A stretch of DNA of 64,000 nt from Auanema rhodensis (lineage: Eukaryota > Animalia > Nematoda), in contig OZ059894.1 in the NCBI GenBank assembly GCA_964057225.1, positions 13,268,001 to 13,332,000 of the forward strand. Reading direction: 5' to 3'. Below are positions 1 to 14,367 of this stretch, piece by piece; position 1 is the first letter of the stretch; each line of letters starts with the position of its first letter. Both the position numbers and the translations under genes were made by a program. The notes beneath the pieces were generated by a model. The model was not told the origin of the DNA. It saw nothing but the letters and a program-made list of their open reading frames with translations, and ran no database searches.

Positions 1-3000
1 AACATGGAAATATTTTATAATTTTCCAATTCATTTTACTCCATTTTCTTCATTTAATCACGTATTTTGAAACAATCTCAAATTTTTACAATAGTTTTGAA
101 ACAATTCATTCGTTCATTAAGATTTTAAACAGTGAAAAAAAAAAGTTTGAATATTTTGAAACTCAAGAAATAAAACATGAAAATATTTTATAATTTTCCA
201 ATTCATTTTACTCCATTTTCTTCATTTAATCACGTATTTTGAAACAATCTCATATTTTCACAATAGTTTTGAAACAATTCATTCGTTCATTAAGATTTTA
301 AACAGTGAAAAAAAAAAGTTTGAATATTTTGATACTCAAGAAATAAAACATGAAAATATTTTATAATTTTCCAATTCATTTTACTCCATTTTCTTCATTT
401 AATCACGTATTTTGAAACAATCTCAAATTTTTACAATAGTTTTGAAACAATTCATTCGTTCATTAAGATTTTAAACAGTGAAAAAAAAAAGTTTGAATAT
501 TTTGATACTCAAGAAATAAAACATGAAAATATTTTATAATATTCCAATTCATTTTACTCTATTTTCTTCATTTAATCATGTTTCTTGGAACAATTTTAAA
601 TTTTTACAATAATTTCGAAACTAATCATCCAGTTAATAATGTTTTTAACAGTAAAGAAGTTATAATTTTAAATATTTTGGTACTCAAAAAATAAAACATG
701 AAAATATTTTAAAATTTTCCAATTCATTTTACTCTATTTTCTTCATTTAATCACGTATTTTGAAACAATCTCAAATTTTTACAATAGTTTTGAAACAATT
801 CATTCGTTCATTAAGATTTTAAACAGTGAAAAAAAAAAGTTTAAATATTTTGATACTCAAGAAATAAAACATGAAAATATTTTATAATTTTTCAATTCAT
901 TTTACTCCATTTTCTTCATTTAATCACGTATTTTGAAACAATCTCATATTTTTACAATAGTTTTGAAACAATTCATTGGTTCATTAAGATTTGAAACATT
1001 AAAAACGATCTTAATTTGAATTTTCTGATACTAAGAAAATAAAACATGGAAATATTTTATAATTTTCCAATTCATTTTATTCCATTTTCTTCATTTAATC
1101 ACGTATTTTGAAACAATCTCAAATTTTTACAATAGTTTTGAAACAATTCATTCGTTCTGTAAGATTTTAAACAGTGAAAAAAAAAAGTTTAAATATTTTG
1201 ATACTCAAGAAATAAAACATGAAAATATTTTATAATTTTCCAATTCATTTTACTCCATTTTCTTCATTTAATCACGTATTTTGAAACAATCTCATATTTT
1301 CACAATAGTTTTGAAACAATTCATTCGTTCATTGAGATTTGAAACATTAAAAACGATCTTAATTTGAATTTTCTGATACTAAAAAAATAAAACATGGAAA
1401 TATTTTATAATTTTCCAATTCATTTTACTCCATTTTCTTCATTTAATCACGTATTTTGAAACAATCTCAAATTTTTACAATAGTTTTGAAACAATTCATT
1501 CGTTCATTAAGATTTTAAACAGTGAAAAAAAAAAGTTTGAATATTTTGAAACTCAAGAAATAAAACATGAAAATATTTTATAATTTTCCAATTCATTTTA
1601 CTCCATTTTCTTCATTTAATCACGTATTTTGAAACAATCTCATATTTTCACAATAGTTTTGAAACAATTCATTCGTTCATTAAGATTTTAAACAGTGAAA
1701 AAAAAAAGTTTGAATATTTTGATACTCAAGAAATAAAACATGAAAATATTTTATAATTTTCCAATTCATTTTACTCCATTTTCTTCATTTAATCACGTAT
1801 TTTGAAACAATCTCAAATTTTTACAATAGTTTTGAAACAATTCATTCGTTCATTAAGATTTTAAACAGTGAAAAAAAAAAGTTTGAATATTTTGATACTC
1901 AAGAAATAAAACATGAAAATATTTTATAATATTCCAATTCATTTTACTCTATTTTCTTCATTTAATCATGTTTCTTGGAACAATTTTAAATTTTTACAAT
2001 AATTTCGAAACTAATCATCCAGTTAATAATGTTTTTAACAGTAAAGAAGTTATAATTTTAAATATTTTGGTACTCAAAAAATAAAACATGAAAATATTTT
2101 AAAATTTTCCAATTCATTTTACTCTATTTTCTTCATTTAATCACGTATTTTGAAACAATCTCAAATTTTTACAATAGTTTTGAAACAATTCATTCGTTCA
2201 TTAAGATTTTAAACAGTGAAAAAAAAAAGTTTAAATATTTTGATACTCAAGAAATAAAACATGAAAATATTTTAAAATTTTCCAATTCATTTTACTCTAT
2301 TTTTTTCATTCAATCACGTATTTTGAAACAATCTCATACTTTTACAATAATTTCGAAACAAATCATCCAGTTAATAATGTTTTTAACAGTAAAAAAGATA
2401 TAATTTTGAATATTTTGATACTCAAGAAATAAAACATGAAAATATTTTATAATTTTCCAATTCATTTTACTCCATTTTCTTCATTTAATCACGTATTTTG
2501 AAACAATCTCATATTTTTACAATAGTTTTGAAACAATTCATTCGTTCATTAAGATTTGAAACATTAAAAACGATCTTAATTTGAATTTTCTGATACTAAG
2601 AAAATAAAACATGGAAATATTTTATAATTTTCCAATTCATTTTACTCCATTTTCTTCATTTAATCACGTATTTTGAAACAATCTCAAATTTTTACAATAG
2701 TTTTGAAACAATTCATTCGTTCATTAAAATTTTAAACAGTGAAAAAAAAAAGTTTGAATATTTTGAAACTCAAGAAATAAAACAGGAAAATATTTTATAA
2801 TTTTCCAATTCATTTTACTCCATTTTCTTCATTTAATCACGTATTTTGAAACAATCTCATACTTTTACAATAATTTCGAAACAAATCATCCAGTTAATAA
2901 TGTTTTTAACAGTAAAAAAGATATAATTTTGAATATTTTGATACTCAAGAAATAAAACATGAAAATATTTTATAATTTTCCAATTCATTTTACTCCATTT

Positions 3001-6000
3001 TCTTCATTTAATCACGTATTTTGAAACAATCTCATATTTTTACAATAGTTTTGAAACAATTCATTCTTTCATTAAGATTTGAAACATTAAAAACGATCTT
3101 AATTTGAATTTTCTGATACTAAGAAAATAAAACATGGAAATATTTTATAATTTTCCAATTCATTTTATTCCATTTTCTTCATTTAATCACGTATTTTGAA
3201 ACAATCTCAAATTTTTACAATAGTTTTGAAACAATTCATTCGTTCTGTAAGATTTTAAACAGTGAAAAAAAAAAGTTTAAATATTTTGATACTCAAGAAA
3301 TAAAACATGAAAATATTTTATAATTTTCCAATTCATTTTACTCCATTTTCTTCATTTAATCACGTATTTTGAAACAATCTCATATTTTTACAATAGTCTT
3401 GAAACAATTCATTCGTTCATTAAGATTTTAAACAGTGAAAAAAAAAAGTTTAAATATTTTGATACTCAAGAAATAAAACATGAAAATATTTTAAAATTTT
3501 CCAATTCATTTTACTCTATTTTTTTCATTCAATCACGTATTTTGAAACAATCTCAAATTTTAACAATAGTTTTGAAACAATTCATTCGTTCTGTAAGATT
3601 TTAAACAGTGAAAAAAAAAGTTTAAATATTTTGATACTCAAGAAATAAAACATGAAAATATTTTATAATTTTCCAATTCATTTTACTCCATTTTCTTCAT
3701 TTAATCACGTATTTTGAAACAATCTCAAATTTTTACAATAGTTTTGAAACAATTCATTCGTTCATTAAGATTTGAAACATTAAAAACGATCTTAATTTGA
3801 ATTTTCTGATACTAAGAAAATAAAACATGGAAATATTTTATAATTTTCCAATTCATTTTACTCTATTTTCTTCATTTAATCACGTATTTTGAAACAATCT
3901 CATATTTTCACAATAGTTTTAAAACAATTCATTCGTTCATTGAGATTTGAAACATTAAAAACGATCTTAATTTGAATTTTCTGATACTAAGAAAATAAAA
4001 CATGGAAATATTTTATAATTTTCCAATTCATTTTATTCCATTTTCTTCATTTAATCACGTATTTTGAAACAATCTCAAATTTTTACAATAGTTTTGAAAC
4101 AATTCATTCGTTCTGTAAAATTTTAAACAGTGAAAAAAAAAAGTTTAAATATTTTGATACTCAAGAAATAAAACATGAAAATATTTTATAATTTTCCAAT
4201 TCATTTTACTCCATTTTCTTCATTTAATCACGTATTTTGAAACAATCTCATATTTTTACAATAGTTTTGAAATAATTCATTCGTTCTGTAAGATTTTAAA
4301 CAGTGAAAAAAAAAAGTTTGAATATTTTGATACTCAAGAAATAAAACATGAAAATATTTTATAATTTTCCAATTCATTTTACTCCATTTTCTTCATTTAA
4401 TCACGTATTTTGAAACAATCTCATATTTTTACAATAGTTTTGAAACAATTCATTCGTTCATTGAGATTTGAAACATTAAAAACGATCTTAATTTGAATTT
4501 TCTGATACTAAAAAAATAAAACATGGAAATATTTTATAATTTTCCAATTCATTTTACTTCATTTTCTTCATTTAATCACGTATTTTGAAACAATCTCATA
4601 TTTTTACAATAGTTTTGAAACAATTCATTCTTTCATTAAGATTTGAAACATTAAAAACGATCTTAATTTGAATTTTCTGATACTAAGAAAATAAAACATG
4701 GAAATATTTTATAATTTTCCAATTCATTTTATTCCATTTTCTTCATTTAATCACGTATTTTGAAACAATCTCAAATTTTTACAATAGTTTTGAAACAATT
4801 CATTCGTTCTGTAAGATTTTAAACAGTGAAAAAAAAAAGTTTAAATATTTTGATACTCAAGAAATAAAACATGAAAATATTTTATAATTTTCCAATTCAT
4901 TTTACTCCATTTTCTTCATTTAATCACGTATTTTGAAACAATCTCATATTTTTACAATAGTCTTGAAACAATTCATTCGTTCATTAAGATTTTAAACAGT
5001 GAAAAAAAAAGTTTAAATATTTTGATACTCAAGAAATAAAACATGAAAATATTTTAAAATTTTCCAATTCATTTTACTCTATTTTTTTCATTCAATCACG
5101 TATTTTGAAACAATCTCAAATTTTAACAATAGTTTTGAAACAATTCATTCGTTCTGTAAGATTTTAAACAGTGAAAAAAAAAGTTTAAATATTTTGATAC
5201 TCAAGAAATAAAACATGAAAATATTTTATAATTTTCCAATTCATTTTACTCCATTTTCTTCATTTAATCACGTATTTTGAAACAATCTCAAATTTTTACA
5301 ATAGTTTTGAAACAATTCATTCGTTCATTAAGATTTGAAACATTAAAAACGATCTTAATTTGAATTTTCTGATACTAAGAAAATAAAACATGGAAATATT
5401 TTATAATTTTCCAATTCATTTTACTCTATTTTCTTCATTTAATCACGTATTTTGAAACAATCTCAAATTTTTACAATAGTTTTGAAACAATTCATTCGTT
5501 CTGTAAAATTTTAAACAGTGAAAAAAAAAAGTTTAAATATTTTGATACTCAAGAAATAAAACATGAAAATATTTTATAATTTTCCAATTTATTTTACTCC
5601 ATTTTCTTCATTTAATCACGTATTTTGAAACAATCTCATATTTTTACAATAGTTTTGAAACAATTCATTCGTTCTGTAAGATTTTAAACAGTGAAAAAAA
5701 AAAGTTTGAATATTTTGATACTCAAGAAATAAAACATGAAAATATTTTATAATTTTCCAATTCATTTTACTCCATTTTCTTCATTTAATCACGTATTTTG
5801 AAACAATCTCATATTTTTACAATAGTTTTGAAACAATTCATTCGTTCATTGAGATTTGAAACATTAAAAACGATCTTAATTTGAATTTTCTGATACTAAA
5901 AAAATAAAACATGGAAATATTTTATAATTTTCCAATTCATTTTACTTCATTTTCTTCATTTAATCACGTATTTTGAAACAATCTCAAATTTTTACAATAG

Positions 6001-6055
6001 TTTTGAAACAATTCATTCGTTCATTAAGATTTTAAACAGTGAAAAAAAAAAGTTT
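1..6055. repeat. AT-rich tandem satellite, ~173-175 bp monomer, ~35 copies, with higher-order repeats; probably continues left of the window
   Basis: The motif AAACATG(A/G)AAATATTTTA recurs at spacings of 173,173,173,175 bp. Three monomer variants are visible. Block 1-~900 repeats at +1390 (8 monomers) and block ~3000-3890 repeats at +1564 (9 monomers). Confidence 0.97.
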
Positions 6056-6261
6056 ACTCACCAGATGTTCCTTCCTTATTGTCTCTTAAACACATCTGTC
6101 CATCTTAACCTTTTATGTTTAATTTTGTTGTCTTATTGCCTATAGTCTATTTATTCTTATAAATTTATTTAGCTCAATCAATAATCTTGTAAGTTGCAAT
6201 CGTGGTCTAAATGGCTCATGACTCATTCGCCCACTCGCGCATCCTGCAAAATCTGGGAGAT
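6053..6261 (+). mobile_element. Internal fragment of Bel/Pao family-1 LTR abutting the satellite
   Basis: Near-identical to 13625-13833 (TTACTCACCAGATGTTCC...ATCTGGGAGAT). Confidence 0.9.
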
Positions 6262-6343
6262 CAAATCTTAATGTTTCATTCACAACAAATCAATCTAAGA
6301 GTTAATAACACGGAACATTAATATCCAAACCAAGGATATTACA
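6260..6343 (+). mobile_element. 3' end fragment of Ty3/gypsy LTR (ends ...GATATTACA)
   Basis: Reverse complement of the LTR end at 25104-25187 and 33787-33870. Confidence 0.85.
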
Positions 6344-6441
6344 GATGAGTACAGAGTAAGAACGGTTTTGGATAATAGATCCAAGAAAATTAAGAAGAGA
6401 CCCGCGAATTCCAATAGATTTCAATTTTGCTAAGAGATGTA

Positions 6442-7028
6442 GGAATTCAAGTTAATGTGCAACGAATTTGAAATTGAACAAACCTTCTCTCTGCCATATC
6501 ACAAAAATACAAATGGTCAAGTGGAACGACTACATCGAACCATCCAGGAATGTTTATCCACTTGTGCTGAAAACCGTGTCTCCCAATGGGAATCACAATT
6601 ATCTAAAATCACATTTGCATTAAATACAATTCCGAGTACAACTACCGGAATCAACCCATACATTACTCTATTTGGAAGAGACGCACGGCTACCTATGGAT
6701 CGCCAACTACCAGGACAACCTATTCTTATTGGAAAGAAATGAAAATCGGAAAAATACCTGGAATTCTATTCAAGAGAAAATTAAACAAAAATCAATTGAA
6801 CAGCAACATCGACTGAATAATAGTAACCGAATAGCATCACGTACATTTGAATTAGGTGGAATGGTACTATTAAAGGATATGACGGTTCACGGCAAATTGC
6901 GACCTACTTATAAAGGACCGTTCAAAATTACAGGCGTATACAACTCATATGTGGAATTGGAAACAAGTCACGGGAAGATGAGAAAAGTACATGAGGATCT
7001 CATCAAAAAGCTTGCTGCAACATTATGA
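6442..7028 (+). pseudogene. Ty3/gypsy integrase C-terminal fragment, frameshifted
   Basis: NGQVERLHRT (catalytic E), TTGINPY..LFGR and GPF motif. Matches the end of the 34244-38125 ORF. Confidence 0.92.
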
Positions 7029-7082
7029 AAAATTTTACAAACATTATACCTGTGAGGACACAGGACTTCGAGAGCGGTAGCA

Positions 7083-7624
7083 TGTAATACTTTATAATTC
7101 TGTACTTTATTCTTTCTATAATTTTTATGTATTTCTTCATTCTGTATTTTATATTTCATAATTCTAATTTCTTGTCTTAGTGTATTATGTTATCAGTTAT
7201 ATTTTACAACCTCAGCATTTTCCAAGATAATTACAATTGTCATTGACAACTTAAAACCTTGCGTGGAAAATGCTGATAACATTCGCTATATAAGCTTGCC
7301 ATTCAACTGAATCTTCAGTTGGCGGACTTATCTTCATCTTTAAATTGTTTATTGTTTAAATGTTTTTTATTTATAATAAATCTTTCTTCCTTTCTCAAAT
7401 CTTAATGTTTCTTCCTCAAATCTTAATATTTTATGGAGATAATTACAATTGTCATTGACAACTGAAAACCTTGCGTGGAAAATGCTGATAACATTCGCTA
7501 TATAAGCTTGCCATTCAACTGATTCTTCAGTTGGCGGACTTATCTTCATCTCTTAATTGTTTATTGTTTAAATGTTTTTCATCCATAATAAATCTTTCTC
7601 TCTTCCTCAAATCCTTATATTACA
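7083..7624 (+). mobile_element. Ty3/gypsy LTR (TGTAAT...TTACA) with an internal ~200-bp duplication, shared between two tandem copies
   Basis: Homologous to 33787-34186. Preceded by pol end plus purine-rich tract and followed directly by a PBS. About 7225-7420 is repeated at about 7437-7612. Confidence 0.85.
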
Positions 7625-7637
7625 TGGAGGTTCCACC
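7625..7637 (+). promoter_or_regulatory. Primer-binding site complementary to the tRNA-Gln 3' end
   Basis: TGGAGGTTCCACC immediately after the LTR CA. Metazoan tRNA-Gln ends ...GGTGGAACCT-CCA. Confidence 0.85.
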
Positions 7638-8597
7638 CTAGAATCTTTTTACGATTTTCGAACTCGAATAAATTATGAATCATCATTCAGTTAAACAGAA
7701 TTTTTTTTTGAGCTTTTTCCCTGGGCTACCGCTTCTCTTTCCAATTCAGTACAAAGGGTCTCACTTATTTTTTAAAAACAGGGTATATTTTGCGCAAGGG
7801 TGAGATACTGAATTGGCCAACTTTTCGATTTTTTTTGTTTCTGCGCAGATGTATTTTGATTTTTCATTGTGGCGGAAAATATATATTATTTTTTGGAAAT
7901 GAAAAAGCTGTTTGATATAAGCAAAATTGGACCTTGAGAGAGTCAATTTGCGAAATTTTTGATAAAGATTACAAGTTTGTTCTAACAGAATGGCCACTGT
8001 AAGAAAATAACACCCGCTGTATCATTTGTCATATTTGAATTTAAACCTTTCTCTCCTAATTTTTGATTGTTGATTCAAGTTGAAACAAAGAATTTAGAAT
8101 TTGAAAGATGCCTTGTTTGGTAATTCATTGTTATTCAGTAACAATTGAGATTTTGATTTGTCCGCCATACTCACTTCTCTAATTTATGAATCACATTGTC
8201 ATATAATCATATCCTATTATCATCTTACTAATTAATTATTCACTATTGTTATTCACATTTTTTTTCCACTCTATAGTTTTTTTTTCTATAAATTCATTGA
8301 TTAATTTTCAACCCATATTATTATATATATACACATTTTTTTTTTATCACATTATTCACTACTAACTATTCTTATCTTGTTTATTAACTTATTCCACTAT
8401 TTTTTTTCACATTGTAGATTGTCCTAACTTTTCTCCTTTCCCAAAACGGCAACCTCTGAGAATAACCATACGGGTACGCCTTTCCGTACATCTCAAAAAC
8501 TAAGAGACAAGAGAAATCGTATTTCTCGATTTCCTTTTCCCGATAGTGACGACTCAACGATTTAAGTCCATCGGACGACGATAAAACGCCAACACAC

Positions 8598-11500
8598 TTG
8601 GCTGTAACACCGAAAAAAGAAAAAGCTCCTCAGCGCAAAAAAGTTCCTCTGAAACTCCTGCTCATAGGAATAATCGCAACAACTATCCAAGAGAATCTCG
8701 AGGAGACAATTACCCAAGAGAAAATAAACACAACTACCCAAAAGAAAATAGAGACAACTATCCAAGAGAAAATAGAGACAAGTATCCAAGAGAGAATCAA
8801 GAGAATCAAAGACGATGGAAACCTCGATTCAATATAAATACTATTGCATTACCATTCCTGCTCACAACAATAATCTGCACTTTTTTATGTTTCGCTCATA
8901 AAGGAGGAATTTTGATGACACCACCAGAGATATCAGGATGCCAACGAAAAGCAATTCAACAAGCTCATCAAGTTAACATTGAATTGTTTATACCTAAACA
9001 AACCGTCGTAACATGGGAAGCGTGGAAATGTTACACACGCATCTAGCGATTCTGTGTAACGGATCAATTTTGGTTCCGAGAAAGCAATGACACATTATTG
9101 CTAATGGATATGTATCTGTGAAAGAATGCCGTATAGCTGCTCGAGACAAGAAATGGAAAAATGAAAAACTGTTAAGCCCTAATCCACTAAGACCAAGTCT
9201 ATGCAATAAAATTAAAACTGTTGGATAACTGGACACTCAGAAGCCGAAAAACCATTTTTGGAATACCGATGCCTTCAAATAAAGAAGATCTCTATAGCCG
9301 TAACATCAACATTGAAGCAAAAGAATTAACTGACTTAATGTCCTGGTTTTCAAAGCCAGCACCTGAAGATACTTCAAAAAGAGTATTCAGTCGCTCTATC
9401 ACCACTAAGACTACGTCAACTGCACGATTTCTCAGTGCTACCTCAAAGCCTGTTGTAAATACATCATCTACTATAAAACAAGCAATTAGTACTACTTCAA
9501 GGATGACATCAAAGCAACCCATGATTGGAAGCATAGAGAAAGCTCAAGAATTATTTGGCGCTCATTTAACTGATCATCAGAATACTATACTTCGACATCG
9601 AGATGCATTAACTACTATCAACAAGCTCAATTATGGATTCGAACGAATGAGAACCATATTGGTCGAAAAATTTCATCATCAGCATCACAGCATATGTCAT
9701 GCTCAACTGGAACTTATTAAGACATAGCAAGCTATATTTAATATCAATCCTACAATTGCTATCAGATCTATTATGCAACGAGATGATATAGTTGCTCGAA
9801 TAATTGGACAAAATCTTATTCGGGTTTCAACCTGTCAACCAATAGTCAACCACATACAAAGATAAGTGTTATTTGGAAACACCCGTCATAACGGATGATG
9901 ACCGCCTCTACTTTGCACCTCAAGATTCAGCAGATCTAGAATCATATGGAACTGAAATTCCATGCGAAACAGTAGGAAACGATATATGGAAAGAAGATGG
10001 AGAATGGAAATCTCTCAATGGAATTACAAACGTGACTGAATTGAACATTGGTTCAGATCATTATCCCGATCTAGCAGCCATTCGATTTTCACAAAGAAAT
10101 CTTTACGAGAACATCACCGATGAAAACTTAGTTAGAACAATAAGCCTAACATATGGACATATTTTCGCTACCGATCCTCATAGAATTTTTCTACGAGTTA
10201 TCACGAATCGAGACAATTTGCCAGGCTTATCAGAATGGTTTACAAAAAGTAACGAACTTCTTAGTTCTACTCAAAATATTGCATCATCACTATGGGAACG
10301 AGGAGTTGATTTCTTTGCGGGATCCCTCAACAGAATGTTCATCTCTGCAGGTATCATGATAGTTATATCAATCTTTGGATCAGCATTATACATTATTGTT
10401 GTATCTTATATCAAAGAGAAAGTTCCTATCTTAAAAAAATGTGAATGCAGTTGAACAACACAAACTACTCAACGCTGACATTGACGCTCCAGCCGACGAC
10501 GAAACAATTCGAAGATATTTTCCTATTGTCATCACTTTTATTCCTATTATTATACCTTTTATTAGATGCTGTACAACAAACAAAAGAGAACTCCCATATA
10601 TAAGAATTGAAGCAGAAGGCAGAGGACTCGTAGCTTTAGGGGATAGCGGAGCATCTGTTTTATATTTAAAGGAATCATAAGTACGCTATTTAGGAAAAGA
10701 GAATTTCAACTCAACTAAAATCTCTGCCACCGCAGCAAATGGATCAATATTCAACTTTTTGGGTACAATAACGTTGGACATCGTTATTGCTGGATACCAT
10801 CTTTCACACACATTTTTTATCTCTGAGGATAAAAATTGTCCTACTGAAATGTTACTTGGTGTGGACATCATGAAAGCATTAGAAGAAAAAGGAATAACAA
10901 CTTCTCTACAAGCTTTACGCAAGCAATTACCAGTTGGAAACCATTTTCTACCATTATTATCCGCTAACCAAAAATGTTTTCGCATCAGTTCAGACACCGT
11001 GTCAATTATAATCTTTAGAGAATCAATTATTCCTTCCAAAACTAAAGCGATGATTCGTCTACAATTGGCAAAAGAACTACAACCAAAACAATACGCTCTT
11101 ATACGATGTGGAAATGGACCTATTCAATTCACACCTACTTCTATCAAGACTTCACCACTCACAATATTTGCCATCAACACTGTAAATTATGAGGTTAAGT
11201 TAACAGGAAACACCATTATTGGAAAAGGAAAAATAGCAGAAGAAATTGGAATCCCACACATACCGGACTACATTCCACCTGAAGCAGATTGGTCAGATAA
11301 ATTGCCTATTTTTGAGAAGAATCCTTTTGATAATTTAAAATTCGAATCAACGGATCTATCTCAAAATCAATGTCAAAATTTCAAAACTATTTTAAAAAAA
11401 TTCAAGAATGCTTTTTTCAACAAAGATCGGAACATTGGATTATTCGAAGGACCTATAGAACATTCAATCACTCTGAGAACCGATATGGATCTGCCCAAAT

Positions 11501-13289
11501 CTCGATCATATCGATTTCCTTTGGGTAAACAGGATGAAGTTGAACGTCAAGTAAAAGAAATGCTAGACCAAGGAGTAATAGAAACATCAACATCAAGTTT
11601 TACAAGTCCAGTCGTCTTAGTTAAGAAGAAAGACAACTCATTTCGCTTTGTAACGGACTTCCGTGCACTCAATAGTGTCACACAGAAACAGACTTATTCT
11701 ATTCCTCATATACCAGAAATAATCGACAGCACTGCAGGTGCTCGACACTTCACAAACATCGATCTCGTATCGGGATTTTTTCAAATTCCTTTACGTGAAG
11801 AAGACCGTCACCTCCCTGCATTTGTGACCTCATCAGGAGTTTATCAATATTGCAGAATGCCGATGGGTCTCTATGGAGATCCACATACATTTAAATCAGC
11901 TGTTCGCTATTTGCAAAATCAAGTGAAATGTCAACTTTTTGTTTATCTGAATGATCTACTCATCATATCAAACACAGCTGAACAACATCTTAAGGATATA
12001 GAAGAAGTGTTACAAGCTTTACAAGGATTAGGAATGAAAGCAAAACTAAGTAAATGCAAATTCGCAGCTACACAAGTTCAATTTCGTGGATTTATAATTG
12101 GTCGTAATGGAATACAACCTGATCCATCAAAAATTATGGCCGTTAAGAAATTTCCAACTCCAAAAACGGTCAACGCTATTCGTTCATTCCTTGGAATGAC
12201 AAATTATTTTTGGCGATTCATCAGAGACTATGCCAAAATAGCCGAACCATTGTATCAACTCACACACAAGGATCAAGATTTCGAATGGACGGAAGAACGT
12301 GAGAAAGCATTTGAGACTCTTAAGAAAGTTCTATGCACAGCACAAGTTCTGAAACCACCAACAAACACCTTTTGTTATTAAAAATGACGCTAGTACTATT
12401 GCAATTGGAGCAGTCTTACTACAGGATACAGGAAATGGATTACACCCTATTGCGTTCGCAAGTAGGAAACTGTCACCTACAGAAAGAAAATACCCACCCA
12501 TCGAATTAGAAGCGTTGGCACTCGTCTACGCATTACAACAATATCGCACATATGTTTTATGCAGTAGAACAGATCTCATAGGAAGATTAGCAAAATATCA
12601 GTTAATGATCCAGGAATATGATATTGTGATTATGTACCGACCAGGACGTATGAATAGTGTATGTGATGCACTATCCAGATACATAGACAACGAAGCTAAC
12701 GATGGCCCTAAACCAAAATTACAGAAGACAACGCCAACAAGAAGTTTTACGGATACCCAAGAAACCATCAACTATCTCACAAATGTGGAAACTCTGGATA
12801 CCGACAAACTAATTCAACTACAACAAGGAACACCATGGATTAAGGAAACTATTACTGATATGTTAACGGAACAACCGAAACAGATTAATATCGATAGATG
12901 TATTGTTATCGTCGGAGTTTTACATGCTAAACCTAATAAACAATGTCTTACTCCAATGATTATGATTCCAAAACAAAAGACATTGAATCAAATATTTGTG
13001 AAACTTTTTCATGAAGATGCAAGAATTGGAGCACATCAAGGGATCAAAAAAACACATGCAGCATTATTAAGAAGAGTTCACTGGACAAATATGATGGAAG
13101 ATGTGAAAGAGATCGTCAACCAATGCCTGACATGTGCAAAAAGGAAAATCAATCAACACGATACAACGAGAGAACCATATGGAAAGTTTGTTACCCCACA
13201 AAAACCATTTGATAGGATTCATATGGATGTGACGGGACCTTTTTCCCATAGCACTAATGGATTCAAATATATTCTCTCTATTCAAGATG
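8598..13289 (+). pseudogene. Decayed Ty3/gypsy gag-env-pro-RT-RNaseH-IN copy with deletions and stops; truncated in integrase
   Basis: Colinear with 34244-41582 (minus). Capsid and much of env are deleted, DSGA protease motif present, YLND replaces YLDD, HHCC zinc finger present. Ends at SIQD where Bel/Pao sequence begins. Confidence 0.93.
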
Positions 13290-14367
13290 AACCTCATCAT
13301 TGAGGAACTTCGCTGCATCAAAAACCTCTTCCAGAAGAGGTCTTTACCTGATATCTGCACACAAGGGACTCAAACTCCCTCCAAGCCAAAGCTGAAGAAG
13401 ACAGAAGCCACACCACCAAACAAGCCCTCGACGAGCAAGGAATCTCTGCCTTCCTACGTCGACCTTTTCTGAACAATGCTATTATAGCATATTCGGCGGC
13501 GGGAGTGTGCGAACGCACTCCATCTTTCCCATACTCTTTTTTGGACAACGATGCACTTTTAATCCCACTATTCTATTCACCTATGACTCATACGTGCCGC
13601 ACACACACATGCAAGTTTATCCGATTACTCACCAGATGTTCCTTCCTTATTGTCTCTTAAACACATCTGTCCATCTTAATCTTTTATGTTTAATCTTGTT
13701 GTCTTATTGCCTATAGTCTATTTTAATCTTATAAATTTATTTAGCTCAATCAATAATCTTGTAAGTTGCAATCGTGGTCTAAATGGCTCATGACTCATTC
13801 GCCCACTCGCGCATCCTGCAAAATCTGGCAGATGCCGCACAGTATAAGACATGACTCATCTACACTTTGCCTGCCCCCACAACTTACAGCAGAAGGCACA
13901 TTCAATCTGTGGCAAATGCTGTATTCTCTCTATATTCTATTCTATTCTAATATTCAGCCTACGTATCTATTATTCCTAGATTATTTTATATTTCATTTAT
14001 TATATATTATTTCGTATTCTTGTTGTAAATTATTTCTCTATTTCTTCATGCCATCATTAATATGTATTGTATATCGCCCGGTAGATTTCGTATATAAGCT
14101 CGCAGCTTTTCCCCATTCTTCACCTCTTGATCCAACGACCGCTCCAAGCGTCGTTCTGCTGTTGCTGCTGCTCCATATTTACTTTGTACTCTTGCTTCGT
14201 ATTGTGTTCATCTATATTTCTATTTTTGTCACTGTTGTCTTTACCAGTTCTCTCTTAATAAATCGTTGTCCAAGTAACCTAGCGTTCTCGTTCTCTACAC
14301 TTCAAATCCACTGAACCACCCATGCCTGTTTTACGCTCTCCTACTTCAAAGGACTCCAGTCAAAACA
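13289..14367 (+). mobile_element. Bel/Pao family-1 3' end: last codons of ORF, PPT (GGCGGCGGGAG) and full LTR 13506-14367 (TGTGCG...AAACA)
   Basis: Matches the reverse complement of 47584-48660 with a few percent divergence. TATA (GTATATAAG ~14091) and AATAAA (~14257) present. Confidence 0.92.

Noticed and set aside
1-6055. CRISPR-like array
   Set aside because: Whole units repeat with no unique spacers, in a eukaryotic context.
13766-14314. Hydrophobic ORFs in the Bel/Pao LTR (also 47690-48100, 57043-57453)
   Set aside because: They come from T-rich LTR sequence and the frame is not preserved between LTR variants.
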